Of a stretch of DNA of 64,000 nucleotides, positions 35,602-44,878 are shown in pieces (the stretch's first letter is position 1; each line of letters opens with the position of its first letter). A program made the translations under genes and the position numbers. Below the pieces are notes generated by a model. It had not been told where the DNA came from and ran no database searches. It saw only the letters and a program-made list of their open reading frames with translations. The stretch is taken from contig JAHISB010000002.1 in assembly GCA_018818425.1 (NCBI GenBank), positions 2,819 through 66,818 of the forward strand. The letters run 5' to 3'. This stretch comes from Patescibacteria group bacterium. GTDB lineage: Bacteria > Patescibacteriota > Patescibacteriia > UBA1558 > UBA10009.

Positions 35602-38142
35602 ATGCCTCTCATTGCCGACATTTTTTTAAAAAGTTTTTCTACTTTGCTGGCCAATCCATGGGCCATCACTTTTCTAATAGCGATAATTTTTTTTATTGTT
35701 TTGGCAGCAATGGTCAATTTAATCAGAAAAAGTTTTGCCAAAGGCAGCCGTTTGCCGACTGCGCTGCAGCAGCAAATTTTATTGATTTCGGTGCCTAAAG
35801 AGTCATTGCGCGACAAAGAAAGAGCGGCTACCCCCCAAGATATCCAAGATGATATTGGAGCGGCCGAAAATTTATTTTCGGTTTTAGGAAGTTTGTCGGC
35901 CCAGCGGGGCGCCAGGCCATGGCTTTACGGCCGGACCGACCATTTTTCTTTTGAGATGGTGGCTCAAAATGGCCAGATCTTTTTTTATGTGGCAGCGCCT
36001 AATTATTTAAGCGATTCCTTGAAACAGCAGCTGTTAGCGGTTTATCCTCATGCGCATATTGAAGAAGTCAGCGATTATAACTTTTTTTCGCCGCAAGGCG
36101 CGGTTTTGGGCGCCTATTTAAAATTAGGCCGGGAGTTTATTTTTCCCATCAAGACTTTTAAAAAAATGGAAGGCAGCGATCCTTTGGAGGGCTTAGTTAA
36201 TCCTTTAAGCAAGGTGGCTAAGACAGACGGAGCGGCCATTCAATTTATTGTTCGCTCGGCTTATAAAAAGTGGCATCGCAAAGGCATGCGGGTAGCCCGC
36301 GAGATGCAGCAGGGCAAAGCTATGGCTATGGCTCTGCGCCAGGCGGGACTGGGCAATATTTTTGACAAATTTTTTGGTTTATTTAGTTTTATTTTCAGTT
36401 TTTTTAGAACTAAGCCCCAAGATGAGCGCAATTTAGACAAACTGGAAGAACAATACCGGCTTTCACCTATGGAAGAAGAGGCGGTTAAAGGCATAGAAGA
36501 AAAAACCAGCAGGGCCGGTTTTGATGTTAATGTCAGAATTGTAACTTCGGCAGTTAAGCGGGAGCAGGCCAAAAATTATTTAGATAATATTATTAATGCT
36601 TTCGGCCAGTATAATATTTATCAGTATGGCAATGGTTTTAAAAAAATCGCCAAAGTTAATATTGATCGCTTAGTTTCCGATTTTATCAGCCGCTCTTATC
36701 ATTCTAAATACCATTTATTGCTTAACAGCGAAGAAATGACCAGCTTGTGGCATTTGCCTCTGCCTTCCACCGGAGCTCCCAATATTCATTGGCTGGAAGC
36801 CAGAAAAGCCCAGCCGCCCGTCAACCTGCCACAGGAAGGGATTTTGCTGGGCGAGAATATTTACCGCGGAGTTACAACTCCTATAAGAATAAAAGAAGAA
36901 GACCGCCAAAGGCACGTTTATATTATCGGCAAATCGGGCACCGGCAAGTCGGTTCTGCAGGCCAATATGATTATTCAGGATATGCAGAACGGCGAAGGCG
37001 TTTGTGTAATCGATCCGCACGGCGATTTAGTGGAAGCGGTTTTAGAGCATGTGCCGCCGGAACGGGCCGAGGACGTGATTTTATTTGACCCGGCCGACTA
37101 TCAGCGGCCCATGGGCATTAATATGCTGGAGTTTCATAATCCCGAGCAAAAGACCTTTGTTATTAACGAAATGATAAAGATATTTGATAAGCTTTACGAC
37201 TTAAAAGCCACCGGCGGCCCCATGTTTGAGCAGTATATGCGCAACGCCATGCTGTTAATGATGGAAGATTCCCAGTCGGGCTCAACTTTGTTGGAAATTC
37301 CCAAAGTTTTGGCCGATGCCAATTTTAGAAGATACAAACTGTCCCGGTGCGTTAATCCGGTGGTTAAAGATTTTTGGGAAAAAGAAGCGGAAAAGGCCGG
37401 CGGCGAAGCCTCGCTGGCCAATATGGTGCCTTACATAACCAGCAAGCTGACCCCTTTTATCTCCAGCGATTTAATGAGGCCGATTATTGCCCAGCAGAAA
37501 AGTTCTTTTAATTTTCGGGAAGCTATGGACGGCCAGAAGATTATTTTAGTTAAATTATCCAAAGGCGCTATCGGCGAAATGAGCTGTAATTTGCTGGGCA
37601 TGGTTATTGTCGGCAAAATTTTAATGGCGGCCCTTTCCCGGGTAGATATCCCCCAGGAACGGCGCAGAAGTTTTTATTTATATATTGATGAGTTTCAGAA
37701 TTTTATCACCGATACCATTTCCGTTATTCTTTCCGAAGCCCGCAAGTATAAGCTTTGCCTGACCATTGCCCACCAGTACATCGGCCAGCTGGTCAAAAAT
37801 AACGATACCTCTATCCGCGACGCTGTAATGGGCAATGCCGGAACTATGATTGCTTTTAGAATCGGCCCTGATGATGCCGAAATAGTGGCTAAACAGCTGG
37901 CCCCGGTTTTTAATGAGTACGATGTAATTAATATTCCTAAATATAATGCTTATCTTAAGCTGTTAATTGATAATCAAAACCCGCCGGCTTTTAATATCAA
38001 GCCCCTGCCTCCCCAGCTAGGCGATAAAGCCATAGCCGCTAAAATCAGAGAGCTTTCCAGATTAAAATACGGCCGGGATCGAGAAATAGTTGAACGGGAA
38101 ATTTTAGAAAGAGTGAAGGCGGTTCAAAAGCCGGAAGTGTGA
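35602..38142 (+). CDS. VirD4/TraD/HerA-like coupling ATPase with N-terminal TM
   Basis: RHVYIIGKSGTGKS (Walker A), IDPHGDL, LYIDEFQNF (Walker B), SEARKY, AHQY. Confidence 0.85.
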   Translation: MPLIADIFLKSFSTLLANPWAITFLIAIIFFIVLAAMVNLIRKSFAKGSRLPTALQQQILLISVPKESLRDKERAATPQDIQDDIGAAENLFSVLGSLSAQRGARPWLYGRTDHFSFEMVAQNGQIFFYVAAPNYLSDSLKQQLLAVYPHAHIEEVSDYNFFSPQGAVLGAYLKLGREFIFPIKTFKKMEGSDPLEGLVNPLSKVAKTDGAAIQFIVRSAYKKWHRKGMRVAREMQQGKAMAMALRQAGLGNIFDKFFGLFSFIFSFFRTKPQDERNLDKLEEQYRLSPMEEEAVKGIEEKTSRAGFDVNVRIVTSAVKREQAKNYLDNIINAFGQYNIYQYGNGFKKIAKVNIDRLVSDFISRSYHSKYHLLLNSEEMTSLWHLPLPSTGAPNIHWLEARKAQPPVNLPQEGILLGENIYRGVTTPIRIKEEDRQRHVYIIGKSGTGKSVLQANMIIQDMQNGEGVCVIDPHGDLVEAVLEHVPPERAEDVILFDPADYQRPMGINMLEFHNPEQKTFVINEMIKIFDKLYDLKATGGPMFEQYMRNAMLLMMEDSQSGSTLLEIPKVLADANFRRYKLSRCVNPVVKDFWEKEAEKAGGEASLANMVPYITSKLTPFISSDLMRPIIAQQKSSFNFREAMDGQKIILVKLSKGAIGEMSCNLLGMVIVGKILMAALSRVDIPQERRRSFYLYIDEFQNFITDTISVILSEARKYKLCLTIAHQYIGQLVKNNDTSIRDAVMGNAGTMIAFRIGPDDAEIVAKQLAPVFNEYDVINIPKYNAYLKLLIDNQNPPAFNIKPLPPQLGDKAIAAKIRELSRLKYGRDREIVEREILERVKAVQKPEV

Positions 38143-38262
38143 AAATGTAAATAAGAGCTCCTAAATCTTAAACCAATCCATAAAATCAATTTTCAATTTT
38201 CAGTGATTTTTCAATTTCTAATCCTCAATCATAAATCCTCAATCCTTAATCCTTAATTAGTT

Positions 38263-38787
38263 ATGCTCTATATATCAACTATCCTGGTTTTTATAATTTT
38301 TATTATTTTATTGAACTTCGCCTATGCCGGCGTTTCCGCGGCGCCATGGGTGCCCTCCCGGAAAAAAGATTATCAAAGAGTTTTAGAACTGGCCGGGATT
38401 AAAAATGGAGACACTGTCTACGACCTGGGCAGCGGCGACGGGCGCTGGCTTTTTTATTTTGCTAAGCATTCCCCGGCCCAAGAGATCAGGGGCTATGAAA
38501 TTTCTTTAATCATGTATTTAATTTGCTGGATAAAAAAGTTGTTCAGCGGATATCCACAGGTAAAATTATCCTTTGGCAATTTTTATAAATTTAATTTAAG
38601 TAAAGCTGATGTGCTGATTTGTTTTTTAACTCCCCGGGCCATGAAAAAATTATTGCCTAAATTAAAAAAAGAAATGAAGCCCGGCTCCAGATTAGTTTCC
38701 TACGCTTTCACCATGCCTAATGTGGAAGCTGAAAAAGTAAGCAAGGTTAGCCAAAAAAGCGTGTCTATTTATCTTTATAGATTTTAG
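38263..38787 (+). CDS. Membrane-anchored class I SAM-dependent methyltransferase
   Basis: APWVPS, YDLGSGDGR, KPGSRLVSYAF. Confidence 0.85.
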   Translation: MLYISTILVFIIFIILLNFAYAGVSAAPWVPSRKKDYQRVLELAGIKNGDTVYDLGSGDGRWLFYFAKHSPAQEIRGYEISLIMYLICWIKKLFSGYPQVKLSFGNFYKFNLSKADVLICFLTPRAMKKLLPKLKKEMKPGSRLVSYAFTMPNVEAEKVSKVSQKSVSIYLYRF

Positions 38788-38984
38788 AAGCCGTTAAGTA
38801 AATTATGCCTTAAGTTCTTTAATTCCGTTGAGTTTGCCGCAGCAACAACTTAATACTTAACGGACTTAACGCTTTATATTTCAATTTAATTTCAATTTTA
38901 TTGTTGACAAAAATAAAAACTATGCTATATTTAAAAGGTAAATCAAAAAAGTTAAAAATATAAATTAAAATTAAAAATAAAAGT

Positions 38985-39521
38985 ATGAAAAATATAGATG
39001 AACTAAAACAAATTTTGGATAATATTGAAATCCAAATACAAAAATGCAAATTAATTTTGGAGGGCGGCAGCTTAACTCCCGCCAAATCCAGCAGGGCCGA
39101 TTTAACCGACAAGCTAATCGATCTCAATGAGCCGGTGGCCAGAGAAAATGAAAAGGTCATTGAAGGGGTTTTTGACGGCCAAAAAATGATTGGGCCCGAC
39201 GGCCGGCAGTATTCCATTCCGGCCAACTATATTTCTAAATCAAAACTGGTTGAGGGCGATATTTTAAAACTTACCATCGATGAGAATGGTAATTTTATTT
39301 ATAAGCAGATTGGCCCGGTGGACCGGGAGAGGTTGGTCGGTAAATTAATCAAGGACGAAGCTGCCGATGAATTTGTGGTGATGTCGGATAATAAAACTTA
39401 TAAAGTAATTATGGCCAGCGTTACTTATTTTAAGGGCGATGAGGGCGACGAGGTAGTTTTCTTAGTGCCCAAGGGCAGCGACAGCCAGTGGGCAGCCATT
39501 GAGAATATAATAAAGAAATAG
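38985..39521 (+). CDS. Hypothetical protein
   Basis: VIEGVFDGQKM..YSIPANYISKSKLVEGD; codon usage looks host-like. Confidence 0.75.
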   Translation: MKNIDELKQILDNIEIQIQKCKLILEGGSLTPAKSSRADLTDKLIDLNEPVARENEKVIEGVFDGQKMIGPDGRQYSIPANYISKSKLVEGDILKLTIDENGNFIYKQIGPVDRERLVGKLIKDEAADEFVVMSDNKTYKVIMASVTYFKGDEGDEVVFLVPKGSDSQWAAIENIIKK

Positions 39522-39544
39522 CCGATAATAAAAATTTTGCCTTT

Positions 39545-39660
39545 TATCATTCCGAGCTTACCTGAGGAATCTTGTTACTTTAACGATAATCATGTTGTGT
39601 CAAGATCCCTCCGCGTTGGCCGTTCGGCCGCGAGCTCACGGCCGAGTGGTCGGGATGACA
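39545..39660. repeat. GTCAT-ended palindromic element with a nested 28-bp hairpin module
   Basis: TATCATTCCGA ... TCGGGATGACA ends; CGTTCGGCCGCGAGCTCACGGCCGA inside. Confidence 0.7.
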
Positions 39661-39680
39661 TTTTAAGCGAAATTTTTTAT

Positions 39681-39709
39681 TTGCCAATTTATCAATCAAT
39701 CGTTATAAT
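39681..39709 (+). promoter_or_regulatory. Sigma70 promoter of dnaX
   Basis: TTGCCA-N17-TATAAT. Confidence 0.75.
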
Positions 39710-39836
39710 ATACCCAATTGCTTTAATAAAATAGAAAATACTCCAAAGCGATGCGTTAATATTAATACTAATATTAGATAAAATAATTCAAATTATTCAA
39801 TTAGCAAAATCGGAATTATTAAAGCGAAGGAGTATA
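39709..39836. mobile_element. MITE-like element with TA target duplication (copy 1)
   Basis: Imperfect TIRs TATACCCAATTGCTTTAATAA / TTATTAAAGCGAAGGAGTATA; near-identical copy at 62841-63006. Confidence 0.8.
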
Positions 39837-39844
39837 CATTCACT

Positions 39845-40939
39845 ATGTCAACCACTTTATACCGCAAATATCGTCCGCAAACCTTTGCCGAGGTCATCAA
39901 TCAGAACCATGTTAAAGTTACTTTGCGGAACGAGGTTGCTTCCGGCAAACTAGCCCATGCTTATCTTTTTTCGGGCCCAAGGGGCATTGGTAAAACCACT
40001 ATGGCCAGAATTTTGGCCAAGAGCGTCAACTGCCCCAATCAAAAAAAAGCCGAGCCCTGCAATAAGTGCCAGTCGTGCCTAGAAATCACCCAGGGCAACT
40101 GCTTGGATTTAATAGAAATTGACGCCGCTTCCAACCGGGGCATTAACGAAATCAGAGAACTGCGCGAGCACGTTAAGTATGCTCCGAGCAAGAATAAATA
40201 TAAAGTTTTTATCATCGACGAAGTCCATATGCTGACCGCCGAAGCTTTTAACGCCCTGTTAAAAACTTTAGAAGAGCCGCCCGGCCATGTTATTTTTATT
40301 CTGGCCACCACCGAACTTCATCAGCTGCCGGAAACAATTATTTCCCGCTGCCAGCGCTTTGACTTTAGAAAAATTTCTTTTAAAGAAATCGCCGGCCATT
40401 TAGAAATGATTGCGGCCGCCGAAAAAGTCAAGGTGGCTAAAAAGGTTATAGAAACTATCGCCCGCACCAGCGAAGGTTATGTCAGGGATGCTATTTCGCT
40501 CTTGGGCCAGATTTTGGCTTTGGGCGAAAAAGAAATCAGCGAAGCAGAGGCCTCGTTGGTTTTGCCCCGTTCGGACATCAATCAAATCATCATTTTTATC
40601 AAACAGCTTTTAGAACATCAATCGGCCGCAAGCATCCGCTTAATCAACCAGTATCTTAATGACGGCGGAGAGCTGGAAAATTTTACCAAGGAGGCCATCG
40701 AAGTTTTAAGAAAAATTTTGGTAGCTAAAGTAACTGACGGCTGGCAGGAGCTGGCCTGGGAAGTTCCCGAGGAGGAATCAAAATCATTGATGGTTTTGTT
40801 GGAGAAAGTTGAAGCTGATTATTTAGTTCAAGTAATCGAAATTTTGCTGGAGGCCTTGACCCGGCTAAAGCGCGCTGATATAATCCAGCTTCCGCTGGAA
40901 ATGGCCATCGTTAAAATCAGCGAATTAAAGAGTGAATAA
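39845..40939 (+). CDS. dnaX: DNA polymerase III subunit gamma/tau (short form)
   Basis: LYRKYRPQTF, GPRGIGKTT, Zn-binding Cys, EIDAASNRG, IDEVHML, SRCQ. Confidence 0.96.
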   Translation: MSTTLYRKYRPQTFAEVINQNHVKVTLRNEVASGKLAHAYLFSGPRGIGKTTMARILAKSVNCPNQKKAEPCNKCQSCLEITQGNCLDLIEIDAASNRGINEIRELREHVKYAPSKNKYKVFIIDEVHMLTAEAFNALLKTLEEPPGHVIFILATTELHQLPETIISRCQRFDFRKISFKEIAGHLEMIAAAEKVKVAKKVIETIARTSEGYVRDAISLLGQILALGEKEISEAEASLVLPRSDINQIIIFIKQLLEHQSAASIRLINQYLNDGGELENFTKEAIEVLRKILVAKVTDGWQELAWEVPEEESKSLMVLLEKVEADYLVQVIEILLEALTRLKRADIIQLPLEMAIVKISELKSE

Positions 40940-40943
40940 CTAT

Positions 40944-40961
40944 TCGGAGGTCGTCTAATGG
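40944..40961 (+). pseudogene. 5' fragment of a tRNA-Gln-like gene cut off by a palindromic element
   Basis: TCGGAGGTCGTCTAATGG versus the intact tRNA's TCGGGGATCGTCTAATGG (16/18), followed by CCGCCTTCGCC...GGCTTCGGCGG. Confidence 0.6.
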
Positions 40962-41061
40962 CCGCCCGCCTTCGCCTCTCGGCTGCGCTCGAGGCTTCGG
41001 CGGACTTTGATCAGCACATGGAAAATTGTTTTAAATCATTCGAAGCTTCAGCGTAGAATGA

Positions 41062-41135
41062 TCGGGGATCGTCTAATGGTAGGACACTGGGTTCTGGTCC
41101 CAGCAATCGGGGTTCGAGTCCCTGTCCCCGAGCCA
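41062..41135 (+). tRNA. tRNA-Gln(CTG)
   Basis: Acceptor stem TCGGGGA/TCCCCGA, anticodon arm CTGGG-TTCTGGT-CCCAG, GGTTCGAGTCC T-arm, encoded CCA. Confidence 0.95.
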
Positions 41136-41274
41136 GTCTTCGTCTCTCGGCTCGTTACACTCGCTCGAGGCTGCGGCTGGCAGGCCGATTATCAAAAGGC
41201 AGTATTAGCACTGTTTTTTAATAAAACTGTGGAAAGAAACTAAGTTTCAAATATCAAATTATCAAGTTTCAAGT

Positions 41275-42873
41275 ATGTATACCAAGCAGGCGGAAAAGTT
41301 AATAACAACTTTAAAGCAGGGAATACCGGAGAATTTTTATGCCGGCGAAGGCATAAGCCGCATTCAGGTTGATGTTTTTGTCAGCCGCATCGCCAAGATT
41401 TACGAAAAAATCCGCAACGCCATCGATTACAAGGAAGAGCATCTGTTAAGAAAGAATGCCATTTTGAGGATTATTCAAAGAAGATTAACCATTAAAATTT
41501 CTTCAGACGTTATAGCTTTTGGCTTGATTAAGGAGCTGGTTAGAGCCGGTTATTTAGATAACAATTTTATCCCCGAAAGAAAAGTTGACCAGGCGCAGAA
41601 AATTATTGAAAAATACCTGGCTATTTTTAATTTAAGCGGAGCCAGAAGGACCAACGGCCGGGGGCAAAAACTTTTTCGCTGGCTGCTGGAAATTTGCGCC
41701 TGCGAAATAGAAGAATCGCTGATGCCGCCCTTGCAGCAGCGGGCTTTGGTGGAATTTGTTTATCAGCTTTTAAGGCCCGAAATTAAACTTTTAGATAAAG
41801 ACCTTTCTCCTAAAGATAAGGATCTGCATGTTTACTTGGCTATTTACAGAGCTTTGGTTAAATCCGACGCTTCAATGATCAACTTTTTATTATTTAAGTA
41901 TTATTATCCCGGCTGGGTTAAAGTAAGCGAACAGACGCAGATAATGGAAGCGGCTAAAAAAATCAGAAATTTGAAAAAAGAAATTGAAAGGCACCAAAAG
42001 CACCCCCTTAATGAAAAGCTGTTTAGAATCTTTAAGAAGCAGGCCTTCACCTTTTTTGTTTTGCGGGACATTATTTTAGCCAACCCCAAGCAGGCCGAGG
42101 ACATTTTTAATAATCCGCAGCAGTTAGAATATCATATCAGAACCACCTGCGATAAACTTTATAAAAAGGCCAGGACCAAGCTTAGGCGCAGCATTGTCAG
42201 GGTTACCATTTATATTTTTATCACTAAAATGTTTTTAGCTCTGCTGTTGGAATTTCCTTATGATTATTATATTGCCAAGGAAATTACTTATCTGCCTCTG
42301 GCCATCAACGCTTTATTCCCTCCTTTATTGATGGTTTTTATCGGCACCTTTATCAGAGTGCCTTCCAAAAAAAATACCGATAAAGTGGTCAAATTGTCTA
42401 ACGAAATTATTTATCATAATAAAATCGGCGATATCAAGGGATTAGGCAATACTGTTAAACATAATTCTTTCTTTAAGCTGATGTTTAATATCTTGTATTT
42501 TGTTTTATTTAGTGTTTCGTTTGGGGTTTTAATCTATATTTTATTGCAGCTCCAGTTTAATGTTTTTAGCATTTTGGTTTTTCTCCTCTTTTTATCGCTC
42601 ATCAGTTTTTTTGGCATCAAACTCCGCTATAATATCAGGGATTTAATAGTTTTTGACAAAAAAGAAAATCCTTTAGTTTTTTTGATAAATCTGTTTTCTT
42701 TGCCATTTTTGAACGCGGGCCATTGGCTTTCGGTTAAATTTCAAAAGATCAATGTTTTTGCTTTTATTTTGGATTTTATCATCGAAGCGCCTTTCAAGAT
42801 ATTTTTAGAAGTGATAGAAGACTGGATCAGCTTTTTGCGCGAAAAGAAAGAGGAAATTTACAATCAAGAGTGA
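41275..42873 (+). CDS. Hypothetical protein, helical N-domain plus C-terminal TM helices
   Basis: 532-aa ORF; YEKIRNAIDYKEEHLLRKNAI and DFIIEAPFK motifs. Confidence 0.75.
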   Translation: MYTKQAEKLITTLKQGIPENFYAGEGISRIQVDVFVSRIAKIYEKIRNAIDYKEEHLLRKNAILRIIQRRLTIKISSDVIAFGLIKELVRAGYLDNNFIPERKVDQAQKIIEKYLAIFNLSGARRTNGRGQKLFRWLLEICACEIEESLMPPLQQRALVEFVYQLLRPEIKLLDKDLSPKDKDLHVYLAIYRALVKSDASMINFLLFKYYYPGWVKVSEQTQIMEAAKKIRNLKKEIERHQKHPLNEKLFRIFKKQAFTFFVLRDIILANPKQAEDIFNNPQQLEYHIRTTCDKLYKKARTKLRRSIVRVTIYIFITKMFLALLLEFPYDYYIAKEITYLPLAINALFPPLLMVFIGTFIRVPSKKNTDKVVKLSNEIIYHNKIGDIKGLGNTVKHNSFFKLMFNILYFVLFSVSFGVLIYILLQLQFNVFSILVFLLFLSLISFFGIKLRYNIRDLIVFDKKENPLVFLINLFSLPFLNAGHWLSVKFQKINVFAFILDFIIEAPFKIFLEVIEDWISFLREKKEEIYNQE

Positions 42874-42977
42874 GTTCGCTGTTCGCATATCGCGAGTCGC
42901 ATGCCTCAATTAATTTTATTATTATCGATACACGATAAAGGTAGCCAAAGGGCTATTTTTTTAGTATAATGTTAGAT

Positions 42978-43070
42978 ATGGGAACATGTGAACATGGGAA
43001 CATTAGAACACTTGCTCCCATGCTCCCATGTTCTAATGCTTTAATGCTTTAATGCTTTAATGCTTTAATT
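42978..43070. repeat. Inverted 8-nt array ATGGGAAC / GCTCCCAT, then (GCTTTAAT)n
   Basis: Lies between TATAAT (42965-42970) and the pfkB start; same unit family at 63031-63133. Confidence 0.8.
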
Positions 43071-44051
43071 ATGAAACACAATATCATCACCATCGGCGGC
43101 TCAACAGAAGACATCATGTTTTATACCAAAGAAGCCGTGTTGGTCAGAAACAACAAGGATATTCTTAGGCAGCAGTTGCTGGGTTTTGAATTTGGCGCCA
43201 AGATCGTCGGCGAGAAAGTTTTTTTTACTTATGGCGGCGGCGGTTCTAATACGGCTGTCAACTTTTCTAAACTGGGCTTAAAAACCGGCGTTATCACAGC
43301 AATCGGCGATGACGACAACGGCCAGAGAATCATCAAAAATTTCAAAAATAATAAGGTTAGCGCTGCTAATATTCAGACAATCAAAAAAGTCCCCAGCGGG
43401 CTTTCTTTTATTGTCAATTTTTCCGGCACCACCGAGCATGTTATTTTCACTTATCGTTCGGCCAATAATCAGTTGCTAATTTCAGAAAAGAGTTTAAGCA
43501 AAGCCAAAGCAGACTGGTTTTACCTTGCTTCGCTGTCAGGGCCAAAGTGGCCGGCTAATCTGAAAAATATTTTTGAGCATTCCGCCAAAAAGAAAATCAA
43601 GATTGGCTGGAACCCCGGCGCTAGCCAGTTAGCCAAGGGCTATTCATCATTAAAAAAATATCTTCAACAAACAGAAGTTTTAATTTTAAATAAGGACGAA
43701 GCCATTGAACTGGTTTTAAGCTCCGGCTATAAAACGCAAAACATCAATCAACTGTTAAAATATTTAAAACTGATGGGCCCGGCAGTTGTTGCCATAACCC
43801 AAGGCGCTAAAGGAGCTGCGGTTTGCTCCGGCAATCAAATCTGTTCGGAAAAAGCTTTACCAATCCAAGGTATTAATACCACGGGCGCCGGCGATGCCTT
43901 TGGTTCCAGCTTGGTTGCCGGTTTGATTATTTATAAAGATTTAGCCAAAGCTCTAAAACTGGCCATCCATCAGAGTAATTATGTTATCCGAGAAATTGGA
44001 GCGCAGAAAGGGCTGCTTTCGATTGCTCAATTAAAAAAGAATGTTGAATAA
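43071..44051 (+). CDS. PfkB-family carbohydrate kinase
   Basis: GGGGSNTA, WNPG, LNKDEA, NTTGAGDAFGS. Confidence 0.9.
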   Translation: MKHNIITIGGSTEDIMFYTKEAVLVRNNKDILRQQLLGFEFGAKIVGEKVFFTYGGGGSNTAVNFSKLGLKTGVITAIGDDDNGQRIIKNFKNNKVSAANIQTIKKVPSGLSFIVNFSGTTEHVIFTYRSANNQLLISEKSLSKAKADWFYLASLSGPKWPANLKNIFEHSAKKKIKIGWNPGASQLAKGYSSLKKYLQQTEVLILNKDEAIELVLSSGYKTQNINQLLKYLKLMGPAVVAITQGAKGAAVCSGNQICSEKALPIQGINTTGAGDAFGSSLVAGLIIYKDLAKALKLAIHQSNYVIREIGAQKGLLSIAQLKKNVE

Positions 44052-44107
44052 GTCGGATAAGTTTACTTATAATTCATACGACTTATTCAACTTATACAAC
44101 TAAGAAC

Positions 44108-44677
44108 ATGCCCAAAATTCCCGTAGAAATCTCTGCCCGTCATATACATCTTTCTCAAAAAGATTTAGATGCGCTTTTTGGGAAGGGCTTTAAGTTGAAA
44201 AAAATTAAGGATTTATCACAGCCAGGCGAGTTTGCCAGCAGCCAGACAGTTGAACTTATCGGCCCAAAATCTTCATATAAAAAAGTCAGAGTTATAGGTC
44301 CGGTCAGAAAAAATACTCAAGTGGAAATTACCGCTACTGATTGCCGAGTTTTGGGCATCAACGCCCCTGTCAGATTATCGGGCAATGTCAAAGGTTCAGC
44401 TCAAGCAACTATTAAAGGTCCTAAAGCCAGAATCAAATTAAAGCAGGGAGTTATTATTGCCCAACGCCACCTTCATTTATCAGCAGAGGAAGCAAAAAAA
44501 CTAAAAGTCAGAAATAATCAAAAAGTTTCAGTCAGAATTAAAGGCGAAAGAAGCATTACTTTTCATGAAGTTGTAGTCAGAGCCGGCCGGCAGTATAAAA
44601 AGGCCTGTCATCTAGATACTGATGAAGGTAATAGCGCGGGCATGAAGACATGCGAGTATGGAGAGCTAGTTAAATAA
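44108..44677 (+). CDS. pduL: Phosphate acyltransferase PduL
   Basis: SARHIHLS, LSQPGEFA, RVIGPVR..TQVEI, AQRHLH, HLDTDEGN. Confidence 0.92.
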   Translation: MPKIPVEISARHIHLSQKDLDALFGKGFKLKKIKDLSQPGEFASSQTVELIGPKSSYKKVRVIGPVRKNTQVEITATDCRVLGINAPVRLSGNVKGSAQATIKGPKARIKLKQGVIIAQRHLHLSAEEAKKLKVRNNQKVSVRIKGERSITFHEVVVRAGRQYKKACHLDTDEGNSAGMKTCEYGELVK

Positions 44678-44878
44678 TAAGGTACAAGAAACAACCAACC
44701 CCTCGATAAACTCGGGGCCTATCGGCAAGAAACAAACAAATTCCAATCCCCGATTATCCCCGATTCAATCGGGGAGGGGACAAATTACAAATAACAAATA
44801 AATCCCAAAATACAAATCCTCAATCCTCAATCCTTAAGCTTCAATCCTCAATCCTTTAAGCTTTGAGTTTTAAGATTT

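Noticed and set aside
35547-35798. ORFs starting MSSGRTEAGRP (also 53930-54157) as a paralogous gene pair
   Set aside because: The shared peptide is just the translation of the same non-coding palindromic module.
39845-40939. dnaX truncated or programmed-frameshifted to a longer tau
   Set aside because: No slippery A-tract plus continuing ORF follows the stop; the downstream DNA is a tRNA region, so a naturally short DnaX is the simpler reading.
41007-41243. 78-aa ORF
   Set aside because: It overlaps tRNA-Gln and the flanking hairpins, so it is spurious.
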